A stretch of DNA of 64,000 nt, taken from the IMG/VR virus record IMGVR_UViG_3300042945_003044, one strand, 5' to 3'. Source of the DNA: a virus. The notes beneath the pieces were generated by a model, which was not told the origin of the DNA, made no database searches, and saw only the letters and a program-made list of their open reading frames with translations. The translations under genes were made by a program, and so were the position numbers. Below, piece after piece: positions 1 to 10,184 of this stretch (position 1 is the stretch's first letter; every line of letters starts with the position of its first letter).

Positions 1-2
1 CA

Positions 3-767
3 AAAAATGGTATTTATAATGTTACTCCAAGCCCCACATATTCTGGACAGCAAATACTATCAAGGGCGCCAGATGCCAATAGTGATGCTGAAGTTACCGC
101 TGGTATGTTCGTATTTGTTACAGAAGGTACTGTCAATGCCGATAGTGGTTGGGTACTTACAACAAATGATACTATTACGCTTGGAACAACAGCTCTAACT
201 TTTGCTCAATTCTCTGGTGCTGGTCAGATTACTGCTGGTGCTGGTATGGTCAAGAGCGGCAATACTCTAGATGTTGGTACTGCCAGTACTAGTCGAATTG
301 TTGTAAACGCAGACAATATTGATCTTGCTACAGTTACTCAGTCTGATGGTAGCGGATCAGCAGGCTCTACATTTGTTCAATCTGTTACTAGAGATAGTTA
401 TGGTAGAGTCACAGGAGTCACAACAGCGGCCGTGCAAGACGCAACAACTTCGGTTAAAGGTATTGCTAGTTTTGATACCGGAGACTTTAGCGTTAGCGGC
501 GGTGCTGTTAGTATTAAAACCGGAGGTGTCGATAATAGTCAGCTTGCTAATAGTTCTGTCACAGTTGGCTCAACCAGTATCAGCCTTGGTGGATCAGCTA
601 CTACAATAGCTGGTTTAACTAGTGTGTCTAGCACGAGTTTTACCGGGGCTTTGACTGGCAATGCTAGTACGGCTACAACTCTTCAAACAGCAAGGACTAT
701 TAACGGAACTAGTTTTAACGGTTCTGCTAATATTGAAATAGCGTTTGTAGACGGAGGAACTCCATGA
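3..767 (+). CDS. Tail fibre/whisker-like protein, 5' truncated by window edge
   Basis: Frame is open from base 3 (KNGIYNV...RAPDANSDAEVTAGMFVFVTEG), a motif typical of phage fibre proteins. Also GNASTATTLQTARTING repeat and C-terminal DGG. Confidence 0.8.
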   Translation, partial: KNGIYNVTPSPTYSGQQILSRAPDANSDAEVTAGMFVFVTEGTVNADSGWVLTTNDTITLGTTALTFAQFSGAGQITAGAGMVKSGNTLDVGTASTSRIVVNADNIDLATVTQSDGSGSAGSTFVQSVTRDSYGRVTGVTTAAVQDATTSVKGIASFDTGDFSVSGGAVSIKTGGVDNSQLANSSVTVGSTSISLGGSATTIAGLTSVSSTSFTGALTGNASTATTLQTARTINGTSFNGSANIEIAFVDGGTP

Positions 768-3700
768 CCAGTTTTCGAATAAAATCTGATAAAATATTTT
801 TTCGAAACGGTATCAAAACAGCTTTTCGTTCCATTCCGGATCCTCCAACAGAAGTTACAGGTTCTTCTGGCAACAATTCTATATCGTTGGTTTGGACAGC
901 GCCGGAGTTTAGCGGCACTAGTCCTATAACCGACTATATAGTTCAGTATAGCTCTGATAATGGAGGTTCTTGGACTACGGTATCAAAACCAGTATCTACC
1001 TCAACTTCTTTATTAGTTTCGGGACTAGTAAATGCACAAGATTATCTTTTTCGTGTAGCGGCCGTCAATCAGGTTGGTACCAGTTCTTATTCGATAAACA
1101 GTAATAGTTTAGCTCCATTTAATTATGATCCTAATAAATTAGTTTTAGTATACGATACCAGCAAAGAGTCTGTTAATAATACTATCACGCTTCATGTTAA
1201 TGGTACTTCGCCAAATATTTTAGTAGATTGGGGAGACGGAACGTCTTCTACTTATACAGCCACAGGGACTCAAACTAAGACATATACATCTCCAGGTATA
1301 TATGTAGTACAGATTAGTGGTTCTATGACTAGGTTTGGAACATCTCTTGATGGTTCTTCGCCCACAGCGGTAGTCAATATTTCATCAAACAGAAATAGAC
1401 GAAAGCTTGTCAGATGTTTGTCTTTTGGAAATATAGGTATTACGAGTCTTTCTTCCTGTTTTCTAAACTCCATAAATCTAATACAAGTCCCATTGAGCAT
1501 CCCATCTGCTGTAAGCAATATGTCCAGTATGTTTAAGGGTTGTACGTCTTTTAATCAGCCTATTGGTATGTGGAATGTATCTAATATTACAAATATGACT
1601 GATTTGTTTGTTAACGCTTCGTCTTTTAACAGATCCTTGAATTCTTGGGACGTATCTAAGCTTACGAATGCATATTTTATATTTAATAATGCTCTCGCTT
1701 TTAATCAGCCATTAAATAAATGGGATTTGTCGTCAGTCGTAGACGCTATATATATGTTAGATAATGCAAGAAGTTTTAATCAGCCAATAGAAGACTGGAA
1801 TATTTCAAATTTGTATAATACTCAAGACTTACTAAGAGACAATATTTCGTTTAATCAATCCTTAGCCGCTTGGCCTATTTATGGGTTTGATGTTAATACA
1901 TATTTCAATTTTAGTAATATTCCTATCGATATAGAAAACTATAGTAGAACTTTGATTGGCTGGGCTAATTTTGTTAATGATAATGGAGGCGCTCCAACAG
2001 GAGTAAGCTTATTATCTAATAATAGAAAATATCATGATATAGAATATACTTTTGATATGCCTAAATATAGACCTTTTTGGAAAGAAAATAATCTCAGTAT
2101 TACCGGTGGAGTTGGAGCTGTAGCATATGGAAATGGTCGTTCCGTAGGAGTAGGAGCCAATACAGTAGTAGTATCTGATGATGGCATATCGTGGACTAAT
2201 AAAACTATTTCTCAACAAAACTGGGCCGATATAGCTTATGGCAATGGTGTGTTTGTGGCAGTATCTAGGGTTGACTATCCTTTCTTTGGGGGCGTGGTTT
2301 CTGAGCCTACAATTATAAGATCTGTAGACTTTGGAGAAACATGGATTGCGGCGACCCAATCTCCTAATATGCGTATGATTGGAGTATGCTATGACGGTAG
2401 TCGTTTTATTGGTGTCGGTACCACATTTGGTCCCACCTCTCTATATGGCATTAGTTATATATTAGAGATTTTTAGTTCATTAGATGGTAATAGTTGGACA
2501 AAAATAAGCGATATTACAGCTAGTGCCGGAGCTCGCTGTAATAGAATACGATATTTAAATGGGGCTTACTATGTTTTAGATAGTATACATGGTAGGCTTT
2601 TTAGATCAATAGATGCTATTTCATGGACACAGCTAACCACATCTAATTCTACAGATGCTAACTGGTACGATATTGCTTTTGGCAATAACGTATTGGTAAT
2701 GGTTGGAGGAGGAAATAGCTCCTACAACACAGCAGTATCCACTGACGGCATTAATTGGCAAACCTATAAAGGGGCCGACGATTCCCCAGATTTTTTTTGG
2801 TATAGCGTTATATATGCTAACGGTCTTTTTATTAAATGCGGATACACGGGATTAGCATATAGCAGAGATGGCAAGGATTGGATCAGATTTCCGTTTAAGA
2901 AAAACAATGAATGGTATACTCCAGGCTATCATGCTAATGCTAATAGATTTTTTGTTTTCGGATCTGATAATTTGTACGCATATTCTTCTAATACAGGCAA
3001 ATATATTTCAGCTAGCGCAGCAAGAAATTATTTAACTGCGCCAATAGCAAATGGAGGTGCCGGATGGTCTATTACCGGAGATGTATCAGCAAACGAATTA
3101 GTAGTCATCGCCAATAAAATATTAAGACAAACGGTACCAGCATCCACGACCAATGTCGTAGTCAAAGACTCTAATTATACGCGACAAACCAATGGAGAAT
3201 TTGAAACAGACTATGACGTAAGATTACTTAAAAATGGAGATACTCCAGTTAGTGGAATATTAGTAAGCAATAATACTAATGTTATTACTAACCCAGTTCC
3301 TGCTTCTGGTGGTCTAGCCTCATTTGTTTTTCCTGGCGTGACAAAAATAACCGGAACAGACTCCTCCGGCGCTACGGCTTCTGTACAAGTAGTCACAGAA
3401 AGAATACAGGGTTCTGTGGTTGATACTTTTTCGTCATTCGTTAATGGTACAACTGCGCACAATATATCGTCTACAGTAGATACGTTATTAGCAGGTAAAA
3501 CAGCTTCGAGTTCTATTAGAAGATTTTCCGCTCAAAATCATACCACAAATCCTCCAAGCTATCCTTCCAATGCTTCGTTTTGGGCTTCTGCTCTTAATTT
3601 TAGTTGTTGTTCTGTTTGGAATTCTACAGGACTAAATACGATGGGTGGGACACTTATTAGTCCAAGGCACATACTATTTGCTGCTCACTACCAAATCAAT

Positions 3701-4234
3701 ACAGGAGCAATCGTTAGATTTATAGATAGTTCTGGTAATGTCGTTAATAGAACTATGGTTAATAAATTAGTACATCCAGATTACAAACCCTATTATCCTG
3801 ATATAGCTATAGGAGTTCTAGATTCAGACGTGCCAGCAACAGTATCTTTTGCTAAGGTATTACCGACCAATTGGGCCTCTTATTTACCTAATATTTCTTA
3901 TGCTGCTAGAGTGCCAATAATCATTGTGGATCAAGAAGAGAAAGCATTAGTCGGAGATATTGTTTCAGTATCTAATTCTCTAACTATAGCAGAGCCCGTA
4001 AACTCTCAAAGATTAGCGTTTTGGGAATCTATTATTACTGGTGATTCTGGCAGCCCAGGGTTCGTTGTTATTAATAACGAATTGGTTTTGGTTACGGTCC
4101 TAACGTATGGAGGACTATTTACTTCTGGTACTTTTCTTGTTCCTCACATTAGTGCTATTAATACAATGATGAATACTTTAGGTGGAGGATATCAATTATC
4201 TACAGCTAATTTAACAGGATTTCCAAGTTTCTAA
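764..4234 (+). CDS. Mosaic virion protein: FN3 + PKD-like + DUF285/BspA-like repeats + BNR/SxDG beta-propeller + C-terminal trypsin-like serine protease
   Basis: WTAP..YIVQYS..YLFRVAAVN (FN3); VDWGDG (PKD); FNQPIGMWNVSNITNM-type repeats; SDDGISW/SLDGNSW/STDGINW repeats; AAHY / DIAIG / GDSGSP triad motifs. Confidence 0.8.
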   Translation: MTSFRIKSDKIFFRNGIKTAFRSIPDPPTEVTGSSGNNSISLVWTAPEFSGTSPITDYIVQYSSDNGGSWTTVSKPVSTSTSLLVSGLVNAQDYLFRVAAVNQVGTSSYSINSNSLAPFNYDPNKLVLVYDTSKESVNNTITLHVNGTSPNILVDWGDGTSSTYTATGTQTKTYTSPGIYVVQISGSMTRFGTSLDGSSPTAVVNISSNRNRRKLVRCLSFGNIGITSLSSCFLNSINLIQVPLSIPSAVSNMSSMFKGCTSFNQPIGMWNVSNITNMTDLFVNASSFNRSLNSWDVSKLTNAYFIFNNALAFNQPLNKWDLSSVVDAIYMLDNARSFNQPIEDWNISNLYNTQDLLRDNISFNQSLAAWPIYGFDVNTYFNFSNIPIDIENYSRTLIGWANFVNDNGGAPTGVSLLSNNRKYHDIEYTFDMPKYRPFWKENNLSITGGVGAVAYGNGRSVGVGANTVVVSDDGISWTNKTISQQNWADIAYGNGVFVAVSRVDYPFFGGVVSEPTIIRSVDFGETWIAATQSPNMRMIGVCYDGSRFIGVGTTFGPTSLYGISYILEIFSSLDGNSWTKISDITASAGARCNRIRYLNGAYYVLDSIHGRLFRSIDAISWTQLTTSNSTDANWYDIAFGNNVLVMVGGGNSSYNTAVSTDGINWQTYKGADDSPDFFWYSVIYANGLFIKCGYTGLAYSRDGKDWIRFPFKKNNEWYTPGYHANANRFFVFGSDNLYAYSSNTGKYISASAARNYLTAPIANGGAGWSITGDVSANELVVIANKILRQTVPASTTNVVVKDSNYTRQTNGEFETDYDVRLLKNGDTPVSGILVSNNTNVITNPVPASGGLASFVFPGVTKITGTDSSGATASVQVVTERIQGSVVDTFSSFVNGTTAHNISSTVDTLLAGKTASSSIRRFSAQNHTTNPPSYPSNASFWASALNFSCCSVWNSTGLNTMGGTLISPRHILFAAHYQINTGAIVRFIDSSGNVVNRTMVNKLVHPDYKPYYPDIAIGVLDSDVPATVSFAKVLPTNWASYLPNISYAARVPIIIVDQEEKALVGDIVSVSNSLTIAEPVNSQRLAFWESIITGDSGSPGFVVINNELVLVTVLTYGGLFTSGTFLVPHISAINTMMNTLGGGYQLSTANLTGFPSF

Positions 4235-4251
4235 AATAGGAATTTATTTTG

Positions 4252-4977
4252 ATGACTAATTTTTCAAGCACAATACGTAATGGCCTAAGAATAGTTGGCG
4301 GTGTGGCGAAGATTAGAACAGCAGAATCTAAAGTCCTATATTACTTTGGTACTAGTAGTGATTGGAATAATTTAAATAATTGGTGGCTTAATGAACAGAA
4401 TACTATTCCATCTAGTCATTTGCCACGTAGTATTGATAGCGTGATACTGAAAACATCATGTTTGACTAACAGCGGTAATGCTCCAACAGTTGTGGATCTA
4501 ACAATGAATAATAATACTCTGGGTATTGTTGCCACTGTGACCGGAACTGCCTCTTTTATAAATAACTCAAGACTTGGCGCTGCTGGTACTATCAATGGAA
4601 GCGCAGCTTTTAGTAACACTGCAAGAAATCAAGGGACTGTTAACGGCGATGCTATTTTTAATGGTAATTCGTATAACATGGACTATGTAAACGGTAGTGC
4701 TTCTTTCAATGATACTTCTATCAACTATTTTGGAGTTGTAACAGGAAATGCTGTTTTTAAAAATAGTTCAGTCAACCAATCAGGCGATGTCTACGGGAGC
4801 GCTACTTTTAATGGCAACTCACAGAATACGGGCGCAGTTTATGGTAATGTTGTCTTTAATGACAGTTCTTATAATACAATAGGCGGATATATTGGAGGAA
4901 ATGCTATATTTGCTAATACGTCTTATAATTGTGGTACTGTCAATGGTTCTATAAGCGGTAATCCTCTGACTTGTTAA
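4252..4977 (+). CDS. Beta-solenoid repeat protein (F-N-x-x-S-x-N-x-G-x-V-x-G-x-A repeats), probable fibre/spike component
   Basis: About 8 tandem ~16-17-aa repeats after a WNNLNNWW...P N-terminal motif. ATG at 4252 follows AGGA. Confidence 0.65.
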   Translation: MTNFSSTIRNGLRIVGGVAKIRTAESKVLYYFGTSSDWNNLNNWWLNEQNTIPSSHLPRSIDSVILKTSCLTNSGNAPTVVDLTMNNNTLGIVATVTGTASFINNSRLGAAGTINGSAAFSNTARNQGTVNGDAIFNGNSYNMDYVNGSASFNDTSINYFGVVTGNAVFKNSSVNQSGDVYGSATFNGNSQNTGAVYGNVVFNDSSYNTIGGYIGGNAIFANTSYNCGTVNGSISGNPLTC

Positions 4978-5056
4978 TTAATAGATAAAAATAAAAGCAT
5001 GCCACTTGTTCTAAAGCTGATTGATTTTATATATAATAATACAATGAAAGTTTTTT

Positions 5057-6433
5057 ATGCCAGCTAATACAACCATAACTTTACGAAAAGGAACAGCTTC
5101 GTTATGGAGTTCTACCAATCCTGTATTGGCTAGTGGAGAGCCTGGATATGATGTTACTAATAATATCTTAAAAATTGGTAACGGTATTAATAACTGGAAT
5201 TCTTTGTCTAGTATTAATCCTAGAACAATTAAAGAAACTATCATATTAAATAGTCCTAGCGGCACTTTTAATGTTTCTGGCGGATATACGGTTGGTACTC
5301 TAGATATATTTTTAAATGGTATTAAACTATCTCAATATGGAGACTATACCGCCAATGACGGATCCACATTTTCTTTAACAGATATTGCTCCCAGCGGGTC
5401 TGTTATAGAGTATATGGCGGTTTCGCCTACTATTACCGATTTTTCTTTTCTAAGCTATAATGATTTTGCGGCCAATGTCAGCGGATTATTACCCGTTAAA
5501 AATATTTTAGCAGGGCCGAACGTATCTATTACTAATAGTAGTGGTAATTATTCTATTGGAGTTAGTGGGAGTTTAGGACTTACCACAGAAGAAGTAGATG
5601 ACAGAGTAGCTTCTCTTCTGGTGGCAGGAACAGGCATAAATATTAATTATGATGATGTTAATAATAGTTTAATAGTAAGCTCAGAAAATTATTATGGAGC
5701 CAATAGAGGTACTATTAATGTTACTTCTAACACTTCGTCTTTTAATGTTCCTGGTGGATATACCGCTGGCGCCTTCGATCTATTTCTTAACGGAGTTAAA
5801 CTAGTTAATGATATAGATTTTACAGCAACCAATGGGTACTCGTTCAGCACAATATCCCCGATACCTTCTGGTAGCGTATTGGAATATATTAGTTTGACCC
5901 TTGCTAATCCATTACATATTGCTACCGATCAATATAGCGCCGAAATTAGTAGAGATATTATTAGTGTCACGGGTTCATTGAGTACTATTAATATAGTCGG
6001 CGGATATGATGTAGGTGGTTTAGATATATATAAAGATGGATTAAAATTAATTAAAAACGCCCAGTATACGGCCAACGATGGGGCTACTGTTACGCTTAAT
6101 ACGCCAGCCGCCTCTGGATCGGTAATCGAGTATGTGTCTTTTATTTCGGGTAAAGCTAGAAGAAGCATAAATACTATATCGGCGTCAACTACCGCTGGCA
6201 CCACACCACAAACAGATTATATTTATGTAGCGACAGCACCGGGTGTCACCGTCACGATGCCATCGGCTGTTGATAATAATAATAGGTATACTATTAAAAA
6301 TTTAAGTAATGGAACAATCAACGTAATACCACAAAGTGGACAAACTATAGACAATCAGTCTATTATTGCTATAATAAATCAATACGTTTCTATTGATCTG
6401 GTCAGTAATAGTCAAAACTGGATCATTATTTAA
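5057..6433 (+). CDS. Fibre protein with Mtd-N/hyaluronidase-type N-terminal anchor and three internal ~60-aa repeats
   Basis: LRKGTASLW..NPVLASGEPGYD....LKIGNG...W anchor motif; 3x GGY..G.LDI(F/Y).(N/D)G.KL....(Y/F)TA..G. Confidence 0.8.
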   Translation: MPANTTITLRKGTASLWSSTNPVLASGEPGYDVTNNILKIGNGINNWNSLSSINPRTIKETIILNSPSGTFNVSGGYTVGTLDIFLNGIKLSQYGDYTANDGSTFSLTDIAPSGSVIEYMAVSPTITDFSFLSYNDFAANVSGLLPVKNILAGPNVSITNSSGNYSIGVSGSLGLTTEEVDDRVASLLVAGTGININYDDVNNSLIVSSENYYGANRGTINVTSNTSSFNVPGGYTAGAFDLFLNGVKLVNDIDFTATNGYSFSTISPIPSGSVLEYISLTLANPLHIATDQYSAEISRDIISVTGSLSTINIVGGYDVGGLDIYKDGLKLIKNAQYTANDGATVTLNTPAASGSVIEYVSFISGKARRSINTISASTTAGTTPQTDYIYVATAPGVTVTMPSAVDNNNRYTIKNLSNGTINVIPQSGQTIDNQSIIAIINQYVSIDLVSNSQNWIII

Positions 6434-6435
6434 TT

Positions 6436-6447
6436 GGTGTATTTTAT
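6436..6447 (+). promoter_or_regulatory. GGTGTA-W-rich putative late promoter element
   Basis: Intergenic GGTGTATTTTAT, 47 nt before ATG 6483. The motif recurs in other intergenic gaps. Confidence 0.55.
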
Positions 6448-6482
6448 CTTTGTGGTCTTTCAACTCTTTAAATAGGCTAATT

Positions 6483-6824
6483 ATGGCATATATCATAGGA
6501 AATAATCAAAACGGCCAAAACAATAATGCCAACAGCGCACCTGTTACTATTTCTAGCGACCAGATAAGTAATAATCAATTAGCTAGCGAAGAGGCATTAA
6601 TTTTACTTAGAAGAATGGTTAAGTTACTCGAAAGCAATGCTGTTGTAGATAGCGCTAATAGACAAAGAATGGTAGTAGATACTTTACCAACTTTGGCTAC
6701 AGTTAATACCGTGTCTACAGTAAGTAATATGGCTGCTATTGCTGGCCATGGACTTCAACAATTTGTAGATATAGCAAGAAACGCATATGCTAATGGAATC
6801 AGAAGCAAGCTAGATTTTTCATAA
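6483..6824 (+). CDS. Small virion-associated protein (start reassigned from 6393)
   Basis: ATG 6483 follows AATAGG and avoids overlap with the upstream gene and the promoter motif. Confidence 0.65.
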   Translation: MAYIIGNNQNGQNNNANSAPVTISSDQISNNQLASEEALILLRRMVKLLESNAVVDSANRQRMVVDTLPTLATVNTVSTVSNMAAIAGHGLQQFVDIARNAYANGIRSKLDFS

Positions 6825-6861
6825 CTAATTAATTCAAAATTTAAAATAATAGGAATTTAAA

Positions 6862-9462
6862 ATGACCTTAGTCAATACTCTTAGAACACAAGTAGACCTT
6901 CCAGTATGGGAATGGCTGAGATTTGCTCCTGCTGCTTCTTCTGCCGTTAGTGCCTCGTGTTCAGCGGACAATAGCCTATATCACCCTAATCATGGCAGAT
7001 ACATATACTATCTTATAGGAACGAACAGCTTTTGGAGATATGACACTATTACAGATGCCTATCTACAGCTAGCAAATCCTCCCTATACGCCCACTACTGC
7101 CTCAAGTATGAGATTTGCTGGGGCTGTAGGGTACTATGGTCGTGTTATATCAGCTGGCGCTAATAATATGGTGTCATCGGCACATTATGGAGAAATTTTA
7201 AAAGGTTTTGATGTTCGCATCGTATCGGGCACAGGAGCAGGACAACAAAGAGTAATAACAGCTGTTTCCGATCCAGTAACTATAGACTCAGGTATTGCTA
7301 CAGGTGTTTCATCCACAACTTCTTTGTTACAGATTACAGACTCTACCAAAAACTGGACAGCTAATCAATGGGTGGGATATCAGCTACGAATCACTTTTGG
7401 TTCTGGTATCAGTCAAGTGAGAAAAATATTATATAACAGTAATAATACATTAACGTTTGGTGACGTTAATTTATTTGCTACTAATCCATGGGACGCTATG
7501 GCTCCATTAGGAACGGCTGTTTCTTCAACTGCTGGTTCTCAGACCGTATACTCTATTGAAAGTTCCACTATTACTGTTGATACCAACTGGGCTACACAGC
7601 CAGACGCTACATCTAGATTTATGGTACAGTCTGGTGGCGTGTTTTTATATACATATGCTACAGGCATTTCGGCTTATTATGATATTGCAGCAGATACGTG
7701 GTATTATAGAAGTACTACGAACTTATCTAGCGGTACACCTACCGATCTCACCATAGAAAGACAAACCGAAAACTCTACAATATGGGAAAAGGGTGTCGCG
7801 ACTTCAGGCACCACTACTACTTTAGTAGATAATACAAAACAATGGAAGGTTAATCAATTCGCCGGTTATTATGTTAGGATTTACACCGGTACTGGTGAGA
7901 ATCAATTGCGTCAGATAGTATCCAATACCGTGGATACTCTTACCTGGTCGGGATCTGGTACTTCCCCGGACTCGACCTCTAGATATCTTATAGAAGGACT
8001 AGACGCAGGAACCACGACTAGCGCTACTGCTACAGCGCTTGTTGATTCTACCAAATCGTGGGCGGTAGACAGATGGAAAAACATGTCTGTATATATTACA
8101 TCTGGATCAGGCGCGGGACAACAACGTAGTATTATATCCAATACCAGTACTACACTTACTGTGAGCCCCCCATGGAATACCAATCCAGATTCTACATCTA
8201 CGTATAAAATACAAGGAGATTCTGATAAATTGTTCGTTATGTATGGTGGACAAGCTGCTGTGGTAGTTCATAATCTAGAACGAGATTCTATGTCTTATGG
8301 TAGAGAATATGATAATGGTCTTTGTAGGAGCGGCTCCGCTAGATATGGTAGCGACTATGCCATTCCTATAACGTCAACGACCAGATCGGGAACTACCGCA
8401 ACGGTCACAACGGCAGTGCCTCACAACTTTAGAACTGGACAATCCATATCCCATCTTGGTGCCACAGGAGCAGATGCTGCGCTATATAATATTACAGCTA
8501 GCATAACCGTTACCTCTACAACAACATATACTTATACAATGAGCGGTACTCCATCAGCTAATGCTGTGTTTAATACGATTTCAACGTCTGTTCTCGTAGA
8601 TGCTGCTAAAAATTGGACAACTAATCAGTGGGCTGGTTATATTGTATATATGAACACCAATCAGACAAGTCCTGGAACAAGCACCAATACTGTACAAGCC
8701 TTTAGAATAGCGTCTAATACAAGCAATACTTTAACTTTTCAAGCGGCTGGTACAGCCCCTGTTAATGGAGTATCTAGATATGTTATATCGACAGCTCCTG
8801 CTATCGGCGCGATAGATAGTGGTTTAGCCACAGGAACACAGAGTACTACTACTATACAGGACACCTCTAAGAATTGGGTAGTCAATATTTTCGCCGGTAG
8901 AAGAGTTAGATTTACCAGTGGTACGGGTATGAATCAAGAAGCCACTATATCATCTAATACAAGTAATACCTTGACCTTTTCAGCGGCTGTAACAACAGCA
9001 GCAGTAACTGCGAATACTACTTATTCGATATTGGGCATACCAGCAAGAGGTGCGGGTATAGAGCTTAGCTGGAATCAGGGGTCTTCGGATCTTGCCAAAA
9101 GAGGCAGATTTATGTTTGTGGCTAGAGGTGGTGCCGCTTCTGGTTTTGATAGGCTTAACTTAAATACCGATACTTGGGATACTATAGTAGTTAGTCCACA
9201 ATCAGAAACATTAACTACTGGTAGTATGTATATCTATGATGGACAAGATAGAATTTATTTTACTAAGGAAGCCACTTTAAGATGTTATTATTTAGATATA
9301 AATACTAATATAGTGCATGGGGCTGGTATCTACCCCTTCGTCGCTGGAACGGCTATCATAGGAAATAGAATGGAAATTTTTGAAACACCCGACCACTTGA
9401 AATATTTGTGGCTCAATAGACATTCTAATACTGAATGCTATAGATGTTTGTTATTTTATTAA
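6862..9462 (+). CDS. Virion protein: propeller-like termini with repeated 'TLVDxTKxWxxNQ(W/F)xG...GTG' domains and an FCCH-like insert
   Basis: About 6 copies of G.AT.G...TLVD.TK.W..NQ..G..V.I..GTG..Q.R.I.SNT; ATVTTAVPHNFRTGQ insert; FWRYD and FDRLNL blades. Confidence 0.7.
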   Translation: MTLVNTLRTQVDLPVWEWLRFAPAASSAVSASCSADNSLYHPNHGRYIYYLIGTNSFWRYDTITDAYLQLANPPYTPTTASSMRFAGAVGYYGRVISAGANNMVSSAHYGEILKGFDVRIVSGTGAGQQRVITAVSDPVTIDSGIATGVSSTTSLLQITDSTKNWTANQWVGYQLRITFGSGISQVRKILYNSNNTLTFGDVNLFATNPWDAMAPLGTAVSSTAGSQTVYSIESSTITVDTNWATQPDATSRFMVQSGGVFLYTYATGISAYYDIAADTWYYRSTTNLSSGTPTDLTIERQTENSTIWEKGVATSGTTTTLVDNTKQWKVNQFAGYYVRIYTGTGENQLRQIVSNTVDTLTWSGSGTSPDSTSRYLIEGLDAGTTTSATATALVDSTKSWAVDRWKNMSVYITSGSGAGQQRSIISNTSTTLTVSPPWNTNPDSTSTYKIQGDSDKLFVMYGGQAAVVVHNLERDSMSYGREYDNGLCRSGSARYGSDYAIPITSTTRSGTTATVTTAVPHNFRTGQSISHLGATGADAALYNITASITVTSTTTYTYTMSGTPSANAVFNTISTSVLVDAAKNWTTNQWAGYIVYMNTNQTSPGTSTNTVQAFRIASNTSNTLTFQAAGTAPVNGVSRYVISTAPAIGAIDSGLATGTQSTTTIQDTSKNWVVNIFAGRRVRFTSGTGMNQEATISSNTSNTLTFSAAVTTAAVTANTTYSILGIPARGAGIELSWNQGSSDLAKRGRFMFVARGGAASGFDRLNLNTDTWDTIVVSPQSETLTTGSMYIYDGQDRIYFTKEATLRCYYLDINTNIVHGAGIYPFVAGTAIIGNRMEIFETPDHLKYLWLNRHSNTECYRCLLFY

Positions 9463-9479
9463 ACATATAGGGAACTACT

Positions 9480-9791
9480 ATGAGTATAGCTTATAAAAAT
9501 GCGCTACTGGGTAGATCCATAAATGTTTCTGGCTCTAGAGACACTATTTTAGTAGACAGTAATCATGATGTGTCAGTAGTAAGCGGTGTTATTAGTGGAC
9601 CAGACGCAGCCTTTAATAATATATCTGTTAATAATTTAACTATTAACAGTAGTGGTGTCGCATTATCCGGTCATCAACATACTATACAAGATATACAAAA
9701 TTTACAAAATACCATAACATCACTATCAGGAATAGCACCAACCAATTCACAAAGCACAAACAATTTATTTTTATGGTCAAATTATAGATAA
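9480..9791 (+). CDS. Short fibre protein; N-terminus paralogous to 21198
   Basis: KNALLGRSINVSG and SGHQHTIQDIQNLQ match KNANLGQSINASG and GGHSHNISDINNLQ of the 21198 protein. Confidence 0.7.
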   Translation: MSIAYKNALLGRSINVSGSRDTILVDSNHDVSVVSGVISGPDAAFNNISVNNLTINSSGVALSGHQHTIQDIQNLQNTITSLSGIAPTNSQSTNNLFLWSNYR

Positions 9792-9803
9792 GGATCAATA
9801 ACA

Positions 9804-10184
9804 ATGGCAGCAACACCACAGTTTGCATCATCACCAAGACTAGGAATAGCAACAATATCTACTGCAAACACCAATCTTAATGGATCAGGAACTCTAGTTA
9901 ATGTTGTTGTAGCTGGTGCTTCTGGCACCAAAATTAATGAGATTACTATACAGGCGGCCGGTACTGTTACTTCTGGTATGGTTAGATTATTCATTTTTGA
10001 CGGAACTACCAATTATCTATTTGATGAGTTTCCTATATCCTCCACTATTCCTTCGTCTAGTGCCACAGCTTATAGAACATATAAAAGTTATGATAATTTT
10101 GTATTACCTTCTGGCAATACTCTTAGAGCATCTACAGCAAATGCAGAAACCTTCAACGTTATGGCTTGGGGTGGGGATCTATGA
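9804..10184 (+). CDS. Small beta-sandwich fibre adaptor protein
   Basis: MAATPQF...GGDL small all-beta protein of a type often found between phage fibre genes. AGGA RBS. Confidence 0.65.
   Translation: MAATPQFASSPRLGIATISTANTNLNGSGTLVNVVVAGASGTKINEITIQAAGTVTSGMVRLFIFDGTTNYLFDEFPISSTIPSSSATAYRTYKSYDNFVLPSGNTLRASTANAETFNVMAWGGDL

Noticed and set aside
6393-6482. Upstream starts given by the track (6393, 10166, 31975, 36172, 53265, 62318)
   Set aside because: Downstream ATGs have RBS or stop-start coupling and avoid overlaps with upstream genes or promoter motifs.
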